Of a stretch of 26,762 nt of DNA, positions 10,495 through 20,800 are shown in pieces. Origin of the DNA: Azolla caroliniana (Eukaryota; Plantae; Polypodiophyta); assembly GCA_043228905.1 (NCBI GenBank), contig JBHGNT010000420.1, positions 1-26,762 of the forward strand. The letters run 5' to 3'. Both the position numbers and the translations under genes were made by a program. The notes under the pieces are model-generated. The model was not told the DNA's origin. It did no database searches and saw only the letters and a program-made list of their open reading frames with translations. Position 1 is the stretch's first letter, and each line of letters begins with the position of its first letter.

Positions 10495-10557
10495 AAAACA
10501 TCAAAACATTGTAATAAAAGCATTAAAAATGCTTTAATTACAATGTTTTGATGCTTT
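10495..10557. repeat. Near-perfect hairpin (26-bp core stem, 3-nt loop)
   Basis: CATCAAAACATTGTAATAAAAGCATT (10499-10524) pairs with AATGCTTTAATTACAATGTTTTGATG (10528-10553) with one mismatch. Confidence 0.9.
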
Positions 10558-11753
10558 AATGCTTTAATAGTAGTTTGTAATAAAACATCAAATATTCCAT
10601 GAGGAATTGATCTAAATATAATTGAAGTAAGTCGTGTTCAAAAAGATTCTTCACGATGTATTGCCATTGGACTATCGTGTTATGGGCATAACCATAACTT
10701 ATTTCGTGGTAGTTTGTATTGTGGTTTTCTATACATGAGGATCAAGAATGTAAAGAAGGGAGGATTACTTTAAATCCTAGGGATTGAGACATCCCTTAAG
10801 GGCCCAAGTGCGAACTTTTCTAGGAACCTTGGGTCTAGCTATGAATATGAGGTGTATCTAGAAAGTCGTCAACAAAAGAACTTTAGTATTTCCTTTCCGT
10901 TAATCTCTAATTTTTGTTTTTATTCAATTGTTTCTTCTCTCATGATTACACAAGTTTCAATCGTTATGTTAGAGTATAAAAAATCATGTTGTCGTGGTCA
11001 TATTTTAAACATATATATCATAGATGCATTATGTATGCGTATGAGGTTCATGTGTCCATTGCATAAATGATATATGGTTTTACATTATTCAAAATTCATA
11101 CGATACATGATTGATGTGCGATGTGTGTTTCGTATGGCTATGAGGTCAATACCGCAATTGCATATTGCATAAACTAATTTGGGTGTCGTGTGTATAGAGG
11201 CGGCCAAAGGCCTCAATAACATATTTCAATTACATTGTCATTGGTTTATGTCTTCGTTTAGGATTCTTTTATGTATACAAATGTAATCACATGTATTGCC
11301 ATGTGATCGTATACATGTTGTATATATGTAATATCATTTGAGGAATTAGTACATGATATTTGTATGTCATTGTCCTATTTGGGGCGTAGGATCATGGGGG
11401 CCGTCTTCACATTTTCATGGGGAAGGCATGGTCACCATCTGTCTTTAACAACATTTTTGTTATCATTGTTGGTCATCCCGATTGTGTCATATATAAAAAC
11501 TAAATAAGAATGTCCATGATGATTTGTGTGCAAGATGCATTAGATGTGGTCACACATCTATTCCTCATCCATTTGAGGGGGTAAGGGCTTGACCCACTTC
11601 ACACAAGTTGCCCTTATGAGACTCACATCTAATATCCCACACTTGTTACTTGATTACATGACCGCTACAAGACCATCACTAAAAGGCCTTCTTTATGAAG
11701 TAACCATGTGACAGGCCACACGGGACAAACTTCATATATGTTTTACACAAATA

Positions 11754-12120
11754 AGTGAGCTATTTGGTAATAACTTTGTTCTCAAGTTTACAAGTTCAAT
11801 TCTGGCCAAAACAAAACAACATTATTAACACATATGACTATAAAACATGTTTAGACTTTAGTTCAAAATGCAGTTCGAGGTCCCTGGTGGGAAACAAAGA
11901 GATGAAACTATATAGGTGAGCAAACCATATTTACTATGAGTGAGCTATTTGGTTAGCTCGAGTGTTTTAGTAACTTTGTTCTCAAGTTTACAAGTTCAAA
12001 TCTGACCAAAACCAAACAACATTATTAACACATATGACTATAAAACATGTGTAGACTTCCAGTCTAAATGCACTTTGGGGTCCTTGGTGGGAAATAAAGA
12101 GTTGAAACCATATTGGTGGG
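11754..12120 (+). repeat. Diverged tandem duplication, period 185 bp
   Basis: AGTGAGCTATTTGGT...AACTTTGTTCTCAAGTTTACAAGTTCAA...CATTATTAACACATATGACTATAAAACATG...TGGTGGGAAA at 11754 and 11939. Confidence 0.9.
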
Positions 12121-12185
12121 CCAATGGGGCTGAGCCTTGAGGAGTTGAATCTGTGAGAAACTCAATACACAGATTAAGAAAAAAA
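11939..12185 (+). mobile_element. Candidate tRNA-derived SINE
   Basis: A-box-like TAGCTCGAGTG (11954), B-box-like GTTCAAATC (11994), 3' stem-loop (12148-12175) and short A tail (12179-12185). About 245 bp. No clear TSD. Confidence 0.5.
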
Positions 12186-12599
12186 CATTAATTTGTCACC
12201 CTCCATTGTTTTTGAAACACCTTTGTGTTACCACATTTTACATAATCATGATTCTTATCTCATATGTCTAGATATATTGATTATTGATTGTTGAGGATAT
12301 GTTTACATTACGACATTATGCTATTACAATTTTTGACTTTGTCCTATTTTTTTTGTCAAACATCATATTAATGGCTCATAACAACCACCTAATGACATCC
12401 TCCCAAGCAAGAGGGATTTAAGGAACTATTCTTAGGGTAATGCCAATTAAGTCATATATTTACAAATACAAAATTTCCTAAATTCCACCTTGAATGAGAT
12501 TTTCGAACTTCGGCAATCTCATGGCATTCTTAAAGCCCATGCCATTAGCATGTATCAAGACACTAATAGACCAAATGAACGTCAATGTGAACTACCTTT

Positions 12600-13010
12600 A
12601 TTGTAAAGCCATTTATGAGAAGCAAAAGGAGAGAAATGAAAAAGCAATTTGCAAGTGGCTTGGTCGATACAAGTCTCATTTTGAGCTCTATCCCAAGTAT
12701 AGTACGAAGATCCCACAAAGATTGCCTACTTTGGTCGAGAACTAGGGGAAAAGGCCATTTCTTGGTGGCATGGGCTTCACACTATTGAAAATTTGCCAAC
12801 TACTTGAACACATTATGTCACGGTTTTCCATGATAAATTTATACAACCTCCATCTTGCAGTGAGATAAGCACAAGCGACACTCACGACCCTTTCTAACCA
12901 AATTTTCTCCTTAATTCAGGATTATATTCACCATCCTAGAACCTTGATTCAAAAATTTGGTCTTGAAGGGGACAATTGGTTAACTGTTTGTTTTGTCAAT
13001 GGCATTCTAA
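12600..13010 (+). mobile_element. Ty3/gypsy gag (capsid) remnant
   Basis: Across frameshifts: GERNEKAICKWLGRYKSHFELY..EDPTKIAYFGRELGEKAISWWHGL...LPTT*THYVTVFHDKF...QDYIH..RTLIQKF...CFVNGI, the retrotransposon gag pattern. Confidence 0.75.
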
Positions 13011-13039
13011 ATTTAGACTATCATTGGATAAACAATAAG

Positions 13040-15860
13040 AATCCAAAATCCATCGAAGAGGTTGTTGCCCGACCTTCCAAGAGAAAGAGATTGAAGGTGT
13101 ATGTAAAGCTTGCCAATTCAGCAAACAACATCGGCACCCATTTCCAAAAGAACGAAACGTGAGCAAAGGCGTCCTAGATTTGATCCACTTAGACATGTGG
13201 GAACCAGCACAAACGATAACATTCGAAGGATGCCGATACTATGTCACCTTTATTGACGACTTCTCCAAGCACACATGAATCGTTCACTTCTCCAGGAACA
13301 CATGGATCTTTCCTATGATGCAAAAGAGTGAAGTGTTTACACACTTCCAAAAATTCAAAAAATGGAGTCGAAAAGGAAATAGGTTGTCACGTTAGATGCC
13401 TTCGGTCAAACGGAGGAAAAGAGTACTTCTCTGATGAATTTTCAGCTTATCTCCGGAAAGAAGGAATTCGGCGAGAGTTTACGTGCTGACACACACCGCA
13501 ACATAATGGAGTGGCCGGACGCAAGAATCGGCACATCCTCGAAGTAGCAAGGGCCATGCTGAGCGAGAAGCATATGCCCAAGTCACATTGGGTCGAAGCA
13601 ACAAATATTGCCGTCTACCTCATGAACTAGTGCACAACATCCAGAGTGCATGATGTAACCCCTCACAAGAAGTACTATGGAAAGATGTCGGATCTATCCC
13701 ATGTAAGGATATTCGGCTCAATTGCATATGTGCACATCCTGACAAAACGCGGGAAAAGCTAGATCCCAAGTAGGAGAAGTGTATCCTCGTAGGGTACTCA
13801 TTGGAGCAAATGGGGTACAAATTCTTCAACCCCTCTACTTGAAAGGTTCGTGTGAGTCGGGATGTAGTCTTTGACGAATCAACGTCATGGTACGAAATTG
13901 AGCCAACTCCTCCCGAACCATCTACGAACGACCTTGACTACATGGAAGACGATGATAACTAAGGTTAATATCCAAAGAGAGTCCAATCACATCAAGCTAA
14001 GTGGACCTCAAGAGCCTTCAAGCGAGCAAAGCATGTCACGGCCAAGTCCGAAATCGGACAAAGGAAAGGCAAAAATGCCAAAATTTCAAGATTATCAATC
14101 CGACGACAATGAACCGACTGACTCACTCGATAGTGAGTTTGGTGCCTTTGATGTGCCTATCATGAGGACACCTAGAGTGAAGAAAGCCATTTCCATGACA
14201 AACGAAAAACACTGACCCTCCACTCAAGAAAAGAATTCGGTTAACCAATTTGACTACAACAACTATATGGTATATCACTATGCCTTTATGATGAAGGTGG
14301 CAACAGATAATGAACTAAAGAACTTTGCCGAAGCTGCTGAAGATCCGCAATGGGTTGAAGTGATGAACAAAGAGATGCAAGCTCTTAGTAAGAACGAGAC
14401 ATGGGATCTCGTCCCTCACTCACCTCACAAGAAGACAATCGGTTGCAGATGGATATTCAAGGTGAAGTATAATGTCGATGGCTCTGTCAATCGATATAAA
14501 GCCCGACTCATAACAAAAGGCTACGTACAAACACACGGTGGCAACTATGAAGAGACCCTTTGCCCCAATGGCAAAGATGACAACTGTGTGGATCGTGAAA
14601 GCGCTTGCAGCAGCAAAAGGGTGGCACCTCCATCAGATGGACGTCAAGAACGCGTTTCTTCAAGGTGAATTAGAGGAGAAGGTGTACAACCACCCAACGT
14701 CGAATCCAACTACCATCCAAAAGCAATCTGCTGACTAAAGAAGCCACTCTACAGCCTTAAGCAAGCACCACGTGCTTGGCATTTGAAGATAACACAATAT
14801 CTTCATCGAATCGGCTTTAGAATGTCAAAATCTGACAACTCTCTCTACATAAGAAACAATTCTAGAAGCCTAGTTTTCATCATCCTATATGTGGATGATC
14901 TAGTCATTGGAGGTGAGCATCTAGTCGACATCAACAAGGTCAAGACCCTCCTCTTTGGAAAATTCAAGATGATGGACATGAAAGAGCTCCATTACTTCCT
15001 TGACATCGAGGTAATTGGAACTCCATCCAGCCAGCATTATGATCTCCCAACGACACTACATCCTCAACTTATTATATAAGTTCGGGATGACTGAGTGTAA
15101 GTCTATGGCAACCCCTCTCAATCGAAACCTAAAGCTAGTTGCCGACTCCAGCATAGGAAAGTGTGAGCCAACTTAGTATCGACAACTGATTGGAAGCCTC
15201 ATCTATCTCACAATCACTCGACCCAAACTTAGCTATCCGATCGCCCCCCTTAGCCAATTCATGCAAACTCCACGAGATATTCATTTAGATTGTGCTAAGC
15301 GAGTGTTATGATACGTAAGTGGAACGATGGACGACGGAATTCTCTATAAGTCATCCACGCCAATTTGACTCAAAGGATATATGGATGCCGATTGGGCAGG
15401 CAACATAATCGACTGATGATCGACCTCACGATTCTTCTTCTCTCTCGGAAGTGGAGTCATCTCTTGGAGTAGCAAGAAGCAGCTAATCGTCGCACTTTTG
15501 AGCACAGAGGCCGAATACGGGGGTGAAGTTGTGGCTGCATGTGAAACCATTTGGCTGAAGAGAATATTGAAGGAGATGGGTCTTCCCATCAAGGATCCAA
15601 TTCCCCTTTACTGCGACAACATGAGCAGTATTCATCAGGCTCGGAACCCGGTGTTCCACACGTGCACGAAGAGCATATCAACTTGCATTATCACTTCATT
15701 CAAGAGCGCGTTTAGGCTGGAGATGTCGACCTTCAACACATCAACATGAATCTTCAGACAACCGACATCTTCACCAAAGACCTAGGAGTCGACAAGCTTC
15801 AACAATTCATGTCAGACCTTAGACTGACGTTCCCTAACTTGCCAAGCTTGAGGGGGAGTA
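13040..15860 (+). pseudogene. Copia pol pseudogene (integrase, RT, RNase H) with many stops and frameshifts
   Basis: [80 protein letters not shown] (YVDD at 14888-14899), DADWAG, LSTEAEY, LYCDN, TDIFTK. Confidence 0.95.
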
Positions 15861-15950
15861 CAAGAGAGAACCAGATACCAGCTGAATAGGACATCAATTG
15901 AGATGGACACCATAGGAAGGCCGAAAGCTGAAAGTCGACCAAAGTTGAAC

Positions 15951-15961
15951 TTGAGGGGGCG
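15951..15961 (+). promoter_or_regulatory. Copia polypurine tract
   Basis: TTGAGGGGGCG directly before TGTTGAGA. Confidence 0.85.
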
Positions 15962-16414
15962 TGTTGAGAATCAATCTCAACCTACTCTAGTGTGTGAACA
16001 CATCTTTTGAGAATCTATGAGCACTCAACGGTCAAAGGTCACCACTACTTTCTACACATTAACTATGTGTCATAGAATCATATTCTATGACAACTAACTA
16101 ATGAGTTCTATATTCCCCATAACTAACGAGTTTCCACATTCCCCAAGGTTCTAGAGAGAGAGTGAGCGTATTAATGAGAGAATGTAGAGAGAGGGCGACC
16201 TTATATAAATCACCCTCCTCCTACTTTGTAATGTGTCGGTTAATCTCCTTTGTAATATTCATATTGTTCTCCACTTCCTAATACATACATATTCTTGAGT
16301 ATTTCATTTTTCCTATCTATATATCTTGTGTTTCGCTCCTCTCCTCTCCTCTTCACACACACACACACCCCTCTAATCTATTCCGCTGCATAGAATCACT
16401 CTCGATTCTTTACA
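15962..16414 (+). repeat. Copia 3' LTR (453 bp)
   Basis: Starts TGTTG after the PPT. TATATAAAT at 16202, TTGTAAT motifs and a CT-rich U5. Ends ...TTCTTTACA. Right end inferred without a second LTR for comparison. Confidence 0.75.
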
Positions 16415-17015
16415 TTAATAAAGAGGGGATATTCATTGGTGAAGTTAGTCATTGAAAATTAGGAATTTAAGTTAATGATTACTTGAAGAATGAAATATGA
16501 CGATGTTGTAGTTTTATGCTAAAAGTTTTGAAGAATCAATTTTTTTCTAAAGTTTCAAGATAATGTTTTCTGTGCATAGTTCTTGATATTTTCATGTTTT
16601 GGAGGTAAGCAAGGATGAACAAAGTGAATTTGGATGAGATGTGTGTATTTTCATGTTTATTGAGCTCATGAAACATAAACAAACATCAACTTATATAAGG
16701 TTGGCCACAGATGTCCCTAACTGTGGTTGATTGATGATTGTGGCGGTGTAGGGAATGCACTTGATTGATAACCATAAGCACCCAAGAATGGACATGTGAA
16801 GTCCATTATCAATGTTCTCATGGTTGGAGAAGGATGATGTGTCATGATTGTAGTAAATCACTAAAATTCAAGTAATCTATGTGTAATCAAGAGAGGAAAT
16901 CATTAAAACTCCAATTGTTGAAGTGTTATTATGTGACTAAAAGTTCAATTCATGTAAATTATGAAGGTATTGAGTGTGTTCTAAGCATTGATACAAATAT
17001 TGTCGAGTTAATGAG

Positions 17016-17168
17016 TGTAACCCTCAAAGAAAAGCCAACGATTCATTTTAGATGCTAAGGTTAATTCTCTATCGACTCACGCATACAAGAGCTACACGGT
17101 TCTGTCATGTTGTAATCCTCAAAGAAAAGCCAACTATATTCAAATGCTGAGATTAATTCTCCATTGAC
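17016..17168. repeat. Diverged ~58-bp direct repeat, period 95 bp
   Basis: TGTAAyCCTCAAAGAAAAGCCAAC...ATGCT...TTAATTCTC at 17016 and 17111. Confidence 0.8.
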
Positions 17169-17439
17169 GTAGGCCTACGAGAAAAACGCCGTCCAATTCG
17201 GAGGCTTTTATAGTTGTCGAAGACAAGGATTCGGGTCTAACATTGAAATAAGAACCAGTGATTGAAAAAGATTGGAAATAAGTAGCCACGAACGGCAACG
17301 ATTCTTGACAAAATATGAATTAGTGATTGAAAATAAAACCCTGCAGCGGAAGGGGAGAGGAAATCTGCTCCTTGCTCTTGATGTGGTCTCGTTATAATTC
17401 TCCGGACATCGCAAATGTCCAGGTTGTCTCTGGGATTGG

Positions 17440-17530
17440 CCAAAGCCCATCCATCACATTGAAGATAAACAAACAGTAGGGCCATTTGTTGGGCGAATCA
17501 AATATAAGACCCGAAGGCTTTGGGCATTAA
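17440..17530. promoter_or_regulatory. Probable proximal promoter of the TLDc gene with site II-like (TGGGC) motifs
   Basis: AGCCCA, GGGCC and two TGGGC motifs cluster 220-310 bp upstream of the ATG, followed by a (CTT)n pyrimidine patch at about 17573. Confidence 0.4.
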
Positions 17531-17747
17531 TACATATTTTGTTAGGAGTCTATATCCATTTTTTCTTTTAATCTTCTTCTTCTTCTGAAGAAGAATGATG
17601 ATGATCTAGAGAAAGAACAGAGCACCGGGATCCGAAAACCTCCTTAACATTATAACGACGGTCGAAAGAACAGAGCGACTGGATCCTAGCCTTGTCAACT
17701 AATCAGTAATCAAAGGAGTAAATGATCAGGATTGAGAACAGTCAGCA

Positions 17748-17803
17748 ATGGGGAACAATCTGCATAGTCGATCTTCAACTCCCGAGTTCTTGCAGGCTTC
17801 TAG
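17748..17803 (+). CDS. TLDc gene exon 1 (MGNNLHSRSSTPEFLQAS)
   Basis: GCAATGG start context; AG|GT donor at 17804, phase 2. Confidence 0.85.
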
Positions 17804-20800
17804 GTCATATATATGTATACACATCACACACATATATATTAATACGTAACTGTATACCTAAATATTTACACATAAATCAATAAATGTGTATATACGTACA
17901 CGTATCTATGTGTGTGTGTGTGTTTATAGCTGTATGTGTACATGTATGTATAAGTATGTAGATGTGTATATGCATATATGAATTCATATGAGTGTTATAT
18001 ATGGGGTATGTGTATTTGTATGTGTATGTATATGGGTATGTGCATGTGTATATGTACATACATGCATCCATCCATCCATCCATCCATACATACATACATC
18101 CATACAAACATACATACATACCCACATACATACATATATTCATTCTTCTATATGTGTGTATATAAAGAGATATGTAATATCTTTCTTCTGTGTGTATTTT
18201 ATGATGTGTTTTTTGTTTTCCAGGAGGTTTTCTGAGTCTGAGATCCAAGACCTGAGGGCTCTGTTCGTGTCTCTAGGGTCTCAGTCAAGAAGTGATGGAG
18301 AGTTTATCAGTGCATCTGTTTTTCAGGTTGTTTCTTTTATATGTTTCATATATATCATAATGTGTAGGAATTCCATTGATACGTATCCAAATTGTATGCA
18401 TAATATATGCATATATCTATATTTGTGTGTATGTAGATACTCATTGCTAGAGATATGGATGGAGTGTGAAGAGATAGACAGATGGAGGCTTGGATAGATT
18501 AATATATAAATAGATAAATGATTGATTGATTGAAGGATTGATGGAGACACTGATGGATAAATAGATATACGAACAGATATATGGTTTCATAAATTGATAG
18601 ACAGATATATGAATAGAATGATCGTTTTTAATTAATATCTTGAGGTGAAGAATGAGTTCATGACGTATGAGACAGAGGGAAACATTTACATGTACCATAA
18701 TTGAATGAGAGAGGTTGTCTAGTGAGCAAAAACACCTACAGACTTATGCGTCTCATGTGTACTATTTATATTGACCATAACTACTAATTCTGATTATTTC
18801 CTTACGTGTAAAAACAAATTCTTAAAAGAAATAGTAGAATAAAACTAAATTAAGACTGTACTCACTTCACTTCCTTGTGTATCATTCACTGGAAACAAGG
18901 TAACATGAATGATGATTCAGAAACGCCATTTTGATGAACAAAGATCAATCCTCATCTGATTGCATATAATTTAAATCATAGCAAAATATCAACATGGGCA
19001 TACGAAGATGACAATTTTGAGAGAAGTCTTAAGTAAATTCAAATAATAAACGCCACAACGAAGAAGTTAATTTGTGAATCTCTCCGAATAAATTATAAGC
19101 ACTTAGAAAAGGAAATTGGTAGCATAGGAAACATGTTTCAAACTGCTTTGGAAATGGCAATACTGTTAACTTAAAATGTTTCTGAACTACATGGGACTTT
19201 TTAGCATGTATTTTCTTCTTTGTATTTGCATTTACCACACTTGGTAAACTCCTTTATGACATACCAAAACTCCATAAAAAATGGGTTTTAAGTTTTGTGC
19301 AACTTCAACCAATTCTTCACACTTGAGAGATGGAAGTGGAAATGAAATTATTTCATAATGTAAAAACCCCATGTATCCAACGGTATACACATTTAGAAGG
19401 CGGGATGGTTAAGCTGATATATTGCAAACTCTAAAACTGGAAACCTTAAGCCAACATTCGAAACCTGGTCTATGATTTTTCTCATTATCTTTTGTTATTA
19501 GTTGTTAATCATAAATAGATTTGCTGAAGTATAAATCATGTAGCAAATTGCTTTTCAAGGTTTATCCATTTATTTATGTATATTTGATTGGCAAAGGCTT
19601 TTTACCTCAAAAGGAATTTGTCTGTATTTCTCTTTGACATGTTGTACTTGCTTTTTTAAGCTTAAACTCAATGCCTTGTTTGTTGACTGTTCATATGTTT
19701 GCAATTTCAGTTAGGGCTCTCTCATTTTTTGATGTGTTTGTACATAGGCTTATTATGGAATACATGGATCACTTGGATCTAGGCTTTTTGACTTGGTATC
19801 TGGTTCCAGAAAAGATGGAAAACTTTATTATGAAGACCTAGTTACTGCAAAGGTTAGTGGTAGATCTTATAAATATTCTTCTTTAGGAAGCATGTAATTA
19901 AAACCATTAAAATGGTCTTGAACATTCAGGCAATCTATGAGAAGGGTTCTCCAGATGAAGTGGAAAACTTTATATATCAATTTGTGGATTTACTAGGTGA
20001 TGGCTTAGTGCAAAGGTGTGTAGAAAATTCTTTTCTTATAAGTATTGTTTAGCAATTTAACCATTTAGAAATATATTCTTGCAACTTCATCTAATTTGTA
20101 TTTTATTTGTTACATCAAAGTGGCTTCATTAACATCAAGAAAATAGTTGGAATGTTTCTACTCAAGATCAAACAAAATAAAATAAAAAGGTCAGAGTTGT
20201 GGAGGTATGGATGTATATGCAAGGAGGAACTGTATTAACATAAAAGAAATACATTTTGAATGTGGCCATTGAAAACCACTGGGGATGCTGTATTAAAACC
20301 ACAAAAGCAGTGCCTAATAGGTAACTTTTGAGACAATCTTTAGCTGCTTGTATCCATATCTGATTGGGATTTCTTCCCCTTGAATTTCTTTTCATGATTC
20401 AATAATGCCTGTTGAAGAGTGCACCAATGTTAACATTCTCACTTTTCGATATAGCCAATTATCATCCCCAAGTAGTCAACTCATCCCCACGTGTACTCTT
20501 AGAGTGCACATTTGGTGATAGCACCCCAAGTTGAGTAGCTATTGTGCAACACGATCGTATGGGTTGATGAGATGTCAATGTAGGAAACTGTAGATGAGTC
20601 GAGCAGAATGTATTCTGAAAATAGGGAAGTAGTGTAATGGAATTGGCAAGTCAAGTCGACTAGAAGAATATTCTCTGTTGGCAGGTTAAGATGTACTTAG
20701 TCTTGAAGAATGTGTCATTGACTCTAAGATAAGTACTATCTAACACTAGCTTGTGTCTAGGTCATAGTAAATGACAATTTGGTTTACTGAAAAGGAATAT

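Larger units (their letters stand above)
13035..16414 (+). mobile_element. 5'-truncated Ty1/copia LTR retrotransposon (pol, PPT, 3' LTR)
   Basis: Copia domain order IN-RT-RNaseH followed by a PPT and a TG...CA LTR. No 5' LTR, PBS, gag or protease in the window. Confidence 0.95.

Noticed and set aside
11948-12010. Functional tRNA gene
   Set aside because: Too short, with D and T arms not properly paired and a non-canonical anticodon loop. Treated as a SINE-like head instead.
17208-17485. Divergent minus-strand gene sharing the TLDc promoter
   Set aside because: The short ORFs have no recognisable motif and no downstream exons could be linked. A non-coding divergent transcript cannot be excluded without RNA data.
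17877-18698. Long ORFs rich in Y/M/C/H/I/T
   Set aside because: Translations of intronic microsatellites. Only 18224-18326 is a real exon.
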